This document shows positions 41,254 through 50,481 of a stretch of 64,000 nt of DNA, piece after piece. The notes below the pieces were generated by a model that saw only the letters and a program-made list of their open reading frames with translations, did no database searches and had not been told where the DNA came from. Location of the stretch: assembly GCA_910577195.1 (NCBI GenBank), contig CAJTLP010000002.1, positions 71,211 to 135,210 on the forward strand, read 5' to 3'. Position 1 is the stretch's first letter; each line of letters begins with the position of its first letter. Position numbers and translations under genes: made by a program. Origin of the DNA: an uncultured Eubacterium sp. GTDB lineage: Bacteria; Bacillota; Clostridia; Oscillospirales; Acutalibacteraceae.

Positions 41254-41990
41254 TGAAATGTAAGAAGTGCGGATGTGACACACTGATAAAAAATGATGAC
41301 TGGTACAAATGTGCCAATTGCGGCGCAGAAATTTTTGACACAGAGGTGCAGCTCGGTGACATAACAAGTCCCACAAAAGAGGTTGAATCTCTTGAAAACA
41401 ATCATCATACCGCCGCTGCTGACGAAGATGTTAACAACGAGCCTGAACCGGAAAAGGAAAGAAGCAAGCTGCGTGATGCAATTGATTTCTGCATTCCGAT
41501 TGTCATTGCAATTATTGCCGCAATGATTTTAAAAACCTTTGTTTTTGCCAACGCAGTTGTACCTACAGGCTCAATGAAGAATACCATTGAGGAAAAGGAC
41601 AGGATTATTGCAAGCCGTATCGCATATAGGAACGAAGACCCACAGCGCTACGACGTAATAATATTAAAGTATCCCGATGACGAAACACAGTGCTTTGTTA
41701 AAAGAATTATCGGTCTTCCGGGAGAAACGGTTGAAATTGTAAACGGTATTGTTTATGTAACAAAAACTGACGGTGAAAAGATACAACTTGACGACAGCTT
41801 TGTTACAAATTGTGTTCCTTCAGGGGATTACGGACCGTTTTCAGTTCCTGCCGACTCATATTTTGTAATGGGTGATAACAGAAACACCAGCTGGGATTCA
41901 CGCTTCTGGGACAACAAATATGTTCACAAGGATAAAATTCTCGGCAAGGTTAAATTCAAATATTATCCTCATTTCAGTATAATAGAATAA
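41253..41990 (+). CDS. lepB: Signal peptidase I with N-terminal zinc ribbon
   Basis: PTGSM (Ser), FVKRIIGLPGE (Lys), GDNRNTSWDSR; N-terminal CKKC...CANC. Confidence 0.9.
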   Translation: MKCKKCGCDTLIKNDDWYKCANCGAEIFDTEVQLGDITSPTKEVESLENNHHTAAADEDVNNEPEPEKERSKLRDAIDFCIPIVIAIIAAMILKTFVFANAVVPTGSMKNTIEEKDRIIASRIAYRNEDPQRYDVIILKYPDDETQCFVKRIIGLPGETVEIVNGIVYVTKTDGEKIQLDDSFVTNCVPSGDYGPFSVPADSYFVMGDNRNTSWDSRFWDNKYVHKDKILGKVKFKYYPHFSIIE

Positions 41991-42003
41991 TTCACCGTTT
42001 GAC

Positions 42004-42058
42004 TAAGCAAGAGAGATAAGTCCGAACAAGCCTGAAACGGATTTATCTCGCTTGCTTA
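42004..42058. repeat. TA-bounded inverted repeat related to the ends of the 7868-8146 element
   Basis: taagcaagagagataagtccg / cggatttatctcgcttgctta. Left arm matches 7868-7891 at 19/24 with no gaps. Confidence 0.5.
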
Positions 42059-42076
42059 ACAGGAGAGGGCTTTGCT

Positions 42077-43567
42077 ATGAAACAGGGAAATTACATCCAA
42101 AACAAGGAACGCTGGGCATTCAGCATAGGTGCGCTCGGACAGGGTATGATTTATGCCATGATGTCAAGCTACATAAGTGACTACTACCTTAATGTTCTTC
42201 AGCTTGCGCCGATGTTCGTTTTACTTCTTATGCTGCTGGCGAGGGTATGGGATGCAATCAACGATCCGCTTATGGGTATGATTGTTGACCGAAGAACAAC
42301 AAAAAGAGGCAAGATGCGTCCTTACATCATTTACGCATCCATACCGATCGGCGTACTTACTATACTGATGTACCTGAGTCCGAATATGGACAAAACATCA
42401 CTTATGATTTATTCCGCAATCGTATATATTGCGTGGGGTATGATTTACACAATGGCGGACGTTCCGTTCTGGAGTTTGCCGAATGTAATGACACCTAATG
42501 CAGAGGAACGAAGCTCAACCATTTCCTTCTCTAGAATTCTCAACGGTATTGGCTCTGCCGTACCTGAGGTGTTGTTTCTTGTTATAGGTTTGGTGCTTCC
42601 GAATATTCTCGGTGCGTCCGACGGACTTGAATACAACAAAACAAAATATCTGATAATGGCTATATTCACAGTCGTTATTGGAATTATACTTTATGCCAAC
42701 TCCTATTTCCACGTTAAGGAAAGAGTTGTACTCCCTGATGTAAAGCCTGTTAAGGGTGAGCCCTCCAGACTTTCCAGAATCTTCAAATGCAAACCGCTTA
42801 TGCTCGTAATCCTTATGGGTGTTCTTTCCAGCGGACGTTATATGGTGCAGGCTGCTGCAGTTCACGTTGCACGTTATGCATTCTATATCGGCAAGCCGCT
42901 TGAGGGTATGAGTGATACAGAGCGTGTTGCTGCAATTGAAGCAAGCGTATCAACTGTAAAAACAATCTTCCAGGTATGCGCAATCGTCGGTATGTTCGGA
43001 GCAATGCTCGTTATGCCGATGCTTATGAAAAAGTTTGACTATAAGAAGATTGTTATTGTAACCTGTCTCGGCGGCTTTGTGGCAAGTATATTCACCACAC
43101 TCATCGGCTGGTTTACAATGAATCTTTACATCTGTATTCCGTTTATTCTTATCTCCTGCATTCCGCTTGGCGTACTCAACACAATCTCTTACGCAATGAT
43201 TGGCGACTGCCTTGATTATATGGAGCTGAAAACAGGCTTCCGTGATAATGCTCTCGGTTCAGCCTGTCAGGGCTTTGTGAACAAGCTCGGCAATGCACTG
43301 GCAACCTCAGGCATTGTTGTAATGTATATGTTCATCGGAATATCCCCTGAAAAGATGCTCAGCTCTGATGTTATTATGGCGGCAACAGACCTCGCGATGA
43401 ATCAGCGTTTTGCAATGTTCTCATTGGTATCTGTTGTTCCGGGCGTGAGCCTTCTGCTTTGTGCAATCCCTATGTTCTTCTACAAAATCAGCGGCAAGAA
43501 CAAGGAAAGAATGGAAGCGGAGCTTGCCGAGCAGAGAAAAGTAAGAGGTATTGAAATCAATGAATAA
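42077..43567 (+). CDS. GPH-family glycoside:cation symporter (MFS, MelB-like)
   Basis: ARVWDAINDPLMGMIVD, GKMRPY, DVPFWSL, DCLDYMELKTG. Confidence 0.9.
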   Translation: MKQGNYIQNKERWAFSIGALGQGMIYAMMSSYISDYYLNVLQLAPMFVLLLMLLARVWDAINDPLMGMIVDRRTTKRGKMRPYIIYASIPIGVLTILMYLSPNMDKTSLMIYSAIVYIAWGMIYTMADVPFWSLPNVMTPNAEERSSTISFSRILNGIGSAVPEVLFLVIGLVLPNILGASDGLEYNKTKYLIMAIFTVVIGIILYANSYFHVKERVVLPDVKPVKGEPSRLSRIFKCKPLMLVILMGVLSSGRYMVQAAAVHVARYAFYIGKPLEGMSDTERVAAIEASVSTVKTIFQVCAIVGMFGAMLVMPMLMKKFDYKKIVIVTCLGGFVASIFTTLIGWFTMNLYICIPFILISCIPLGVLNTISYAMIGDCLDYMELKTGFRDNALGSACQGFVNKLGNALATSGIVVMYMFIGISPEKMLSSDVIMAATDLAMNQRFAMFSLVSVVPGVSLLLCAIPMFFYKISGKNKERMEAELAEQRKVRGIEINE

Positions 43568-44510
43568 AAAGCTTATAGCAGTCGGTGTTGTGACTGCTGC
43601 TGCAGGATGTTTATGCAAGGTGGCAATTGACGGATATAAAGAAATCACTGCAAGAGAAAAAAAGAAAAAGTCCATAATCAAACGTCTTGCTGAAATGGGT
43701 GACAAAACCGATTACAGTGATATGATTGCCTTTACTCAAAACAAGGTGAAATGGAATGAGCAGCAGGAGACGGAGAAAATCTCAATCACCTCAGAACGCG
43801 GTGACCTTTTGAAAGGTTATCTGACATTAAATAAAAATGAGAGCAATGTTTTCGTATTTTTTGCACACGGCTGCCGAACGGACCATAACGGTGACCCTGC
43901 CAACTTTATGCAATATTACATAGAAAAGGGTTATAATTTTCTTTCCGTTGACCACGTAGCACAGGGTGAAAGCGGCGGAGCCTATATGGGCTACGACTAT
44001 TTTGAAAGCATTGACAGCCTTGAATGGCTGGACTACCTGATCCGCAGATTCGGTCAGGATATAAAAATCATCATACACGGCGTTTCTATGGGCGGTGCAA
44101 CAGTCTGTCAGATGTCAGATAAAGTACCAAGCCAGGTTAAGCTGGCAGTTGCCGACTGCCCTTACACAAGTGCCCTTGATGAATTTGACCATGTGGCAAA
44201 ATCTGCAGGTGTGAAATACACAAACACGATTCTTAAAGTAATAAATGCAATGAACAAAAGATTTGCAGGCTATGATTTTAAGGATACCGATGTTCGCAAT
44301 GCCGTTAAAAATGCAAAGGTTCCTATGCTCTTTGTTCACGGCAAGGAGGATGATTTCGTTCCGACCAGAATGGGTGTTGAGCTTTATGAAATCTGCACAA
44401 ATGAAAAGGAGCTTTATCTTGTTGACAACGCTATCCACGCGCAGTCCATAAAAACCGATGAGGTCGGATATCACAAAAAGCTTGATGCATTTATTGAGAA
44501 ATATTTATAA
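43560..44510 (+). CDS. Alpha/beta hydrolase (YqkD-like)
   Basis: FAHG, GVSMGG nucleophile elbow, ADCPY, HGKEDDFVP, AIHA. Confidence 0.88.
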   Translation: MNKKLIAVGVVTAAAGCLCKVAIDGYKEITAREKKKKSIIKRLAEMGDKTDYSDMIAFTQNKVKWNEQQETEKISITSERGDLLKGYLTLNKNESNVFVFFAHGCRTDHNGDPANFMQYYIEKGYNFLSVDHVAQGESGGAYMGYDYFESIDSLEWLDYLIRRFGQDIKIIIHGVSMGGATVCQMSDKVPSQVKLAVADCPYTSALDEFDHVAKSAGVKYTNTILKVINAMNKRFAGYDFKDTDVRNAVKNAKVPMLFVHGKEDDFVPTRMGVELYEICTNEKELYLVDNAIHAQSIKTDEVGYHKKLDAFIEKYL

Positions 44511-44522
44511 GGAGCAAATGCT

Positions 44523-44861
44523 ATGCCATTTATTGAAGTAAAAACAAATCAGGATTTATCCGCAACAAAAAACATTATTAAATCTGAGCTCGGCTCTGCA
44601 ATCACTGCTATTCCGGGAAAAACAGAGAGCTGGCTTATGGTTGAAATCACCGATAAGAAGGATATGTGGTTCAAGAGCAGTGACGAGCCCTGTGCAATGT
44701 TTGAGATTGCCATATTCGGCAAGGCATCAGACAGTGCTTATGATGATTTAACAAAACGCATCTGCGAAATTTCTGAAAAGCAGCTCGGTGTTTCCCCTGA
44801 CAGAACATACGTGAAATATACCGAAATAGACCACTGGGGATATAACAATTTTAATTTTTAA
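44523..44861 (+). CDS. MIF / phenylpyruvate tautomerase family protein
   Basis: N-terminal MP (catalytic Pro), IPGKTESWLMV, DRTYVKY, WGYNNFNF. Confidence 0.88.
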   Translation: MPFIEVKTNQDLSATKNIIKSELGSAITAIPGKTESWLMVEITDKKDMWFKSSDEPCAMFEIAIFGKASDSAYDDLTKRICEISEKQLGVSPDRTYVKYTEIDHWGYNNFNF

Positions 44862-44869
44862 CATAACAG

Positions 44870-44908
44870 AAAAGACCTGCTGAGTAAAAATCAGCAGGTC
44901 TTTTTTTA
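44870..44908. terminator. Bidirectional intrinsic terminator
   Basis: aaaagacctgctga-N7-tcagcaggtctttt. Confidence 0.8.
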
Positions 44909-44939
44909 TCTAAACGATTTTGAATTTAACGATATTTTA

Positions 44940-45956
44940 TTAAACTCTGGCTACCATTTCGCCGTATTCTTCCTTGCTCTTTCTGATGAAATCCTCAACC
45001 TGCTTTGCAGACGGCATAGCGTCTGAACAGGAGTGAGCAGAAATAAGGATTGATGCGGATGCTGAGCCGAACTCAAGACATTCAATAATCTCCTTACCCT
45101 GTAAAAGGCTGTAAAGGAAGGATGAGCCGTAGCCGTCACCACCGCCGAAGCCCTTGAGCTTAACAGCAGGGAAAGGCTTGATTGAATAGAATTTACCATC
45201 GTTTGTATAAGCGGTTGAGCCTTCCTTGCCGTGCTTGATAACGCAGATTGCTGCACCAAAGGACTGCCAGTATTTAGCAGACTCAGGGTCAGAGTCCTTA
45301 ACACCCACGATACCCTCAGTTAAATCAAATTCCTCTCTTGAGCCCATAATGATATCCGCATTCTGAGCAACAAGGCTGTAATAAACAGCGATTTCATCCT
45401 TTGATTTCCAGGTATATTCGCGGTAATCAATGTCGAAAATAATTCTTACATTATTCTTCTTCGCAAGCATCATTGCCTTAAGGCAAGCCTCACGTGAAGG
45501 AGACTGCGCAAGAGCAGTACCGCTGATAACAATAGCCTTTGCAGATGCGATATACTCCTCCTTGATATCCTCAGGAGCCATACAGAAATCTGCAACATTG
45601 TCACGGTACATAAGGATTGAAGATTTTTCCTTTGAAAGAATCTCAGTAAATGTAAGGCCGAGACCTTCACCGTTCTTAGCTCTTGTAATCTGACTTGTGT
45701 CAATACCCTCTTTATCAAAGTAATCCACAACAAAATCGCCGAACTGATCATTGCTTACGCAGCCGCAGAAGCCAACCTTGCATCCGAGTCTTGCAAGACC
45801 GACAGCAATATTCGCAGGTGAGCCGCCTACATATTTGTTAAAATTGGAGGACTGGCTGAGCGGCATATACATATCAGTGGGATTAAAGTCAATTGCAATT
45901 CTGCCAATTGGGATAAAGTCAAGTGGCTTTGACATATCAAATTCAACATATTTCAT
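44940..45956 (-). CDS. iolC: 5-dehydro-2-deoxygluconokinase
   Basis: GRIAIDFNP, GGSPANIAVG, FDIDYR, PfkB-type GFGGGDGY. Confidence 0.92.
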   Translation of the reverse strand: MKYVEFDMSKPLDFIPIGRIAIDFNPTDMYMPLSQSSNFNKYVGGSPANIAVGLARLGCKVGFCGCVSNDQFGDFVVDYFDKEGIDTSQITRAKNGEGLGLTFTEILSKEKSSILMYRDNVADFCMAPEDIKEEYIASAKAIVISGTALAQSPSREACLKAMMLAKKNNVRIIFDIDYREYTWKSKDEIAVYYSLVAQNADIIMGSREEFDLTEGIVGVKDSDPESAKYWQSFGAAICVIKHGKEGSTAYTNDGKFYSIKPFPAVKLKGFGGGDGYGSSFLYSLLQGKEIIECLEFGSASASILISAHSCSDAMPSAKQVEDFIRKSKEEYGEMVARV

Positions 45957-45985
45957 AAATTTTACCTCTTATATATAATGTGATA

Positions 45986-46828
45986 TTACGCTTTATTATC
46001 TGTGCCGAAAATGAGTATGTGCTTTTTCGCATTCTGATAAGCACCCTCAACCTCAGCAGCCTGTAAATCGTAATACCCCTTAATGCTGCCCTCATTATAG
46101 CACTTATGAACGGTGTTTTCAACCATATCAAAGGTAGCTGTGGCAATATTAATTTTCTTGATTCCTGTATGTGAACACCTTACAAAATCATCAGGAGTAA
46201 TACCTGTACCACCGTGAAGAACAAGCGGTAAATCCGTATTCTTCTCCACCTCTTCAAGAATATCGAATCTGAGCTTCGGAGTGCTCTTGTAATTACCGTG
46301 TGCATTGCCGATTGCAATTGCAAGGGCATCAACATTTGTCTCCTCCTCAAAACGTACGGCATCCTCCACCTTTGTGCAGTTAATGGCAATATCCTCAGAG
46401 CCGTCCTCAGAACCGCCCACACAGCCTATTTCCGCCTCAACATCAGCATCATAATCTGCTGCCATTTCCATAACCTTTTTGGTCATCTCAATGTTTTCAT
46501 CAAGGGGAAGATGTGAGCCGTCAAACATAACAGATGTAAAGCCCAAATCAAGAGCCTGACCGATTTTTTCAAGCGTCTTGCCGTGATCAAAGTGAACAGC
46601 CACAGGCGTATCTGCATTTTCGGCAGCCGCAACCATTAAAGGACCGATTATCTCCAGCGGACTCTGTTTTAATCTTACTTCGGCAATCTGTAAAATGACA
46701 GGGGCATTAAGCTCCTTTGCTGCCTTAAGCACGCCAAGCACCATTTCCATATTTGCAACGGAAAACGAGCCGACTGCATAATTGCCCTTCTGTGCATCCT
46801 CCAGAAGAGAGCTCATATTTACAAGCAT
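45986..46828 (-). CDS. iolJ: Class II aldolase, probably 6-phospho-5-dehydro-2-deoxygluconate aldolase
   Basis: VHFDHG, SVMFDGS, IGNAHG, VLHGGTG; co-oriented with iolC. A separate fba is present at 55980. Confidence 0.7.
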   Translation of the reverse strand: MLVNMSSLLEDAQKGNYAVGSFSVANMEMVLGVLKAAKELNAPVILQIAEVRLKQSPLEIIGPLMVAAAENADTPVAVHFDHGKTLEKIGQALDLGFTSVMFDGSHLPLDENIEMTKKVMEMAADYDADVEAEIGCVGGSEDGSEDIAINCTKVEDAVRFEEETNVDALAIAIGNAHGNYKSTPKLRFDILEEVEKNTDLPLVLHGGTGITPDDFVRCSHTGIKKINIATATFDMVENTVHKCYNEGSIKGYYDLQAAEVEGAYQNAKKHILIFGTDNKA

Positions 46829-46879
46829 TTTTATTACCTCATTTATGAATATAATTAAATTATTTTATTACCAAATTTC

Positions 46880-46978
46880 CGGTCGGATATGGAATCCGCC
46901 CCTACAAAATAACATTGTTTATTAATCAATCTATATATTTTTCCGTGCGTGGTTTAGGGTGATTTATTGTTCTCTAAA
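46880..46978 (-). repeat. Partial second copy of the 3683 MITE (left end plus a different GTAG-REP hairpin)
   Basis: Minus strand tttagagaacaataaatcaccctaaaccacgcacggaaaaatatatag...aatgttattttGTAGgggcggattccatatccgacc aligns with 3685-3762. Confidence 0.7.
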
Positions 46979-46979
46979 G

Positions 46980-47309
46980 GCGAGTTGGCAGTAAGCCGAG
47001 TTCTGTCATGGGCAATTATCTATCTCGACGCTGAATTGCTCCAGCGCTCCAGCCATCCTTCAAAGTTATGTGTCGAGCAAACAACCCTTTAGTCGATGTT
47101 GCAGCGGATGGGGTTTACATGGCAGAGAATGTCTCCACTCTCTCGGTGAGCTCTTACCTCGCCTTTCCACCCTTACCTCATAGAGGCGGTATATTTCTGT
47201 TGCACTTTCCCTAAGGTCACCCTCGGCGGCCGTTAGCCGTCATCCTGCTCTGTGCTGCTCGGACTTTCCTCATATTGCAAAGCAATACGCAACTGCCAAG
47301 CCAACTCGC
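46980..47309 (-). ncRNA. rnpB: RNase P RNA (type A)
   Basis: Minus strand GAGGAAAGTCC, GAAAGTGCAACAGA, GGTAAGGGTGGAAAGG, GTAAACCCC, ACAGAACTCGGCTTA; P1 gcgagttggc/gccaactcgc. Promoter TTGACA(47344-47339)-17-TAAAAT. Confidence 0.96.
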
Positions 47310-47411
47310 ATATCTATTTTATAGGACTTAACTTTTATTGTCAATATTATTTACAAATTGTTAGTTGAAATTAATAACGTTATGCAGTAATATATCTGAG
47401 GAGGTGATTCG

Positions 47412-48737
47412 ATGCCTCGTTTTGAAAATGAAGGCTTTAATCCCGAAAAAAGAAACCGTAACCGTGATATTGACAGAACTGTCCCTGAAGAGGAAAATTT
47501 TTACGGCTACAATCCGATTGACTTAAATTTTAATAACAGACAGAAAAATGAAAATGTGGTACAGGATAATCAGAGAAGAGAAAGCGGAATCAACCCCTGT
47601 GATGATTTTTCACATCCATATGTGAATGATATTGAGCCGCCGCAGCGTTTCAGAAGTGAGACGGTAAATGATTTTTTCGGTTATCAGAGCCCACAGAAGC
47701 CTGAGCAAAACAAGGTGGATAGGCATAAAAAGACGCACAAAAACCGACCTGATAAGCCGCCAAAGAAAAAGGGCAAACTGCCACGTCTGTCTGTAGGTAA
47801 AAGCATACTTGTATTTATTCTTGTACTGGTGCTTATTATCGTCGGCTCCGTCTCCGTAGCTATGGGCAGAATAAACTATAACGAGAAGCAGGAGAATAAA
47901 TTTGTCGCTACCGATTCTCTCGAAAGCAGTGCAATGGTTAAAAATATCCTGCTGCTGGGTGTTGATGCACGTACCGGTGAAAATGCCGAGCAAACACGTT
48001 CTGACACGATGATGCTGGTATCTCTTGATATGAAGCACCACTGTATCAAGATGGTATCCTTCCTGCGTGACACTTGGGTATATATTCCTGCACTTGAGGA
48101 CGAACAGCGCCTGAATGCTGCTTGTTCATCAGGCGGATATCAGGGCGTTGTGGATGCAATCGAGTACAATTTCGGCATTGACATTGACGGCTATGCCGTT
48201 GTTGATTTTGAAATGTTCAAGGTGCTTGTGGACAGTCTCGGCGGTGTTGAGGTTGATGTTACCGAAGCAGAGGCAAAGGAGGTAACAGGTCACCCTTACC
48301 GCTATGATCACGTAACGCTTGATTCAGGAAAGTACAAGCTCAGCGGTGAACAGGCTCTTGCTTACTGCCGTATCAGAAAGATTGACACCGACTTTGTACG
48401 AACAGAAAGACAGCGTACGGTTATGAGCGCAATCCTTACCAGTGCAAAGCACTCAAGCCCATTCAGATTATACAACATGGCTTACAAATCAGCACCTTAT
48501 ATTGAAACGGATATGAGCAAAGGTGAGCTGATGAGCTTTGTAATGCAGGCAGCCTTTTGCATCACAGGTGATATGCATCAGACAATGGTTCCGTTTGAAG
48601 GCTCATGGGATTATGCCACAATCAGAGGAAACAGTGTTATCAGCATAAATACAGAAGAGAATAAGCAAATGCTGACAGACTATATCTATAACAAAAGCTC
48701 TGACGATATAAAGGCTGAAGAAAACACAAATGAATAA
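47412..48737 (+). CDS. LCP (LytR-CpsA-Psr) family protein
   Basis: TM helix, NILLLGVD, RSDTMML, SFLRDT, LAYCRIR, DFVRTERQR. Confidence 0.92.
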   Translation: MPRFENEGFNPEKRNRNRDIDRTVPEEENFYGYNPIDLNFNNRQKNENVVQDNQRRESGINPCDDFSHPYVNDIEPPQRFRSETVNDFFGYQSPQKPEQNKVDRHKKTHKNRPDKPPKKKGKLPRLSVGKSILVFILVLVLIIVGSVSVAMGRINYNEKQENKFVATDSLESSAMVKNILLLGVDARTGENAEQTRSDTMMLVSLDMKHHCIKMVSFLRDTWVYIPALEDEQRLNAACSSGGYQGVVDAIEYNFGIDIDGYAVVDFEMFKVLVDSLGGVEVDVTEAEAKEVTGHPYRYDHVTLDSGKYKLSGEQALAYCRIRKIDTDFVRTERQRTVMSAILTSAKHSSPFRLYNMAYKSAPYIETDMSKGELMSFVMQAAFCITGDMHQTMVPFEGSWDYATIRGNSVISINTEENKQMLTDYIYNKSSDDIKAEENTNE

Positions 48738-48743
48738 AAATAT

Positions 48744-48778
48744 ACATCCTATAGTCAAATTGACTATAGGATGTTTTA
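48744..48778. terminator. Bidirectional intrinsic terminator
   Basis: acatcctatagtcaa-a-ttgactataggatgt. Confidence 0.8.
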
Positions 48779-49498
48779 TTATTGCTTATTTCCTACTTCA
48801 ACGCAGTAGCCTTTATGACCGCAGTGGGTACACGTGAGCTTTCTGGTTTTCGGTGTATGCTTTGCAAAGAAAATTTCTTTTTTATCTGCCTTAAAAATCT
48901 CGTGGCATTCAGGACAAATATAGGCTGTATTTTTGCAGTAAACATTAAATATCCACGAAACGAGAAGAACAACGATTACCATTCCGACTGCAAAAGGAAT
49001 CCATATTCCTTTAACAATCCAGAGAACAATTGTTGAAATCTCAATAACATCCACAACAAGTCCTACCAAAATCATTTTTATATGCAGATTTTTCAGCGAT
49101 TGCCTGTTCTCCATAAAATTCACTATGTCTTTTATAGATTCAACAGAAAATGACCTGCAGCTTTCAAGCTCATTCAAAAAGCCGTCAATCTCCTTAAGGC
49201 TTTCCTTTTGCTGTTCAATGTCATTTTTCAGCTGTGCCCTCTGCTCCTGCAAAATGGTAGAAATAACATTTTTACCATTTTCAGCAGTCAGTATATCGGC
49301 AATGCTGTCAAGGGATAAGCCGATATTCTTAAGATAACAGATTAGCCGCAGCTTTTTCAAATCATCATCATTGTAAAGCCTTCTGCCGCCTTCACTCAGC
49401 TCGGCAGGAATGAGTATTCCCCTTGTATCATAATACTGAACCGTGCGCACAGTAACATTGCAAAGCTTAGCCATTTCTCCTGTTGTGTATTTCGACAT
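48779..49498 (-). CDS. MerR-family regulator with two TM helices and a C-terminal zinc ribbon
   Basis: YTTGEMAKLCNVTVRTVQYYD, GRRLY; hydrophobic segment; CPEC...CTHC. Confidence 0.88.
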   Translation of the reverse strand: MSKYTTGEMAKLCNVTVRTVQYYDTRGILIPAELSEGGRRLYNDDDLKKLRLICYLKNIGLSLDSIADILTAENGKNVISTILQEQRAQLKNDIEQQKESLKEIDGFLNELESCRSFSVESIKDIVNFMENRQSLKNLHIKMILVGLVVDVIEISTIVLWIVKGIWIPFAVGMVIVVLLVSWIFNVYCKNTAYICPECHEIFKADKKEIFFAKHTPKTRKLTCTHCGHKGYCVEVGNKQ

Positions 49499-49524
49499 AA
49501 GTCCTTCACCTCCTTACAGTCCCT

Positions 49525-49555
49525 ATTGTAAAGCATTACGCAGCGTAACAAGCAA
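49525..49555 (-). promoter_or_regulatory. MerR-type promoter with 19-bp spacer and dyad
   Basis: Minus strand TTGCTT-19bp-TACAAT with TTACGC-T-GCGTAA in the spacer. Confidence 0.7.
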
Positions 49556-49592
49556 TAGGTTACGTAAGGTATTTTTTTATTATTATATAATT

Positions 49593-50434
49593 TTACTTTA
49601 AGCCTATACCCTTTAATACTTCATTTGTCGTTATTTCAGTAAAAGTATATTTAAGTTCACTGATTTCAAATGGCAGCAATGCTGAATTGTCAAGCCGGAT
49701 AATTTTATAATTCATTTTCAGTCTTTCGGAATTTCCGGTTACAGATTCTCTGATTGATGGTCTCTTTATCTTATCTGCATTTATAAGAATATTCTGCAGA
49801 GTGCCAAACTCATTCAGAAGCAGTGCCGCTGTTTTAGGACCTACTCTATCTGCTCCCTTAATATTATCAGATACATCACCGACAAGGGATTTAAAATCCG
49901 CATATTGCGACGGTGCAATGCCGAATTTTTCCTTTATAAAATCAGGTGTACAGATTACTGTTTTATCACCGCGATATCTGAGTACAGATACATGATTTGT
50001 TATCAGCTGAAAAAAGTCACTGTCAAAGGATGAAATGATCATTTCATTTTCCTGTCCGTATGACAGCGCATAGCCTGCAATTAAATCATCCGCTTCACAG
50101 TTTATGGTTTCAGTATGCTTTATACCAAGATAATCAAGTGCATCATAAACATCATAAGCTGTGAAAAGGGGTTATCCTGTTCAGGAACTTCACTGTAATC
50201 CATTCTGTTTGCCTTGTAATCAGAATTGAGGGCAGTACGATGGTTTTCGTGTTCTCCGTCAAAAAATACTGCAATGTGTGTTGGATTCGTTTTGCGGATT
50301 ATTTTCAATAACGCACCTGTAAATCCCAGTGTACCCTGAATTGCTTTACCCTGTTCATTTACGATTCTCGCAGGCATACCGAAAAACATCTGAAACAGCA
50401 GATTATTACCGTCAACAATTAAAAGTCGGTTCAT
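49593..50434 (-). pseudogene. 5'-3' exonuclease / flap endonuclease (PolA N-terminal-like), frameshifted
   Basis: First frame LLIVDGNNL..FFDG..YKANR continues after a 1-nt shift near 50155 into DVYDALDYLG..CEADD..SSFDSDFFQL..LVGDVSDNIKG..VGPKTA. Confidence 0.8.
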
Positions 50435-50481
50435 AATAAATTTCCTCAATGGTTTATGACAAATTATTGTTTATCGTTGCC

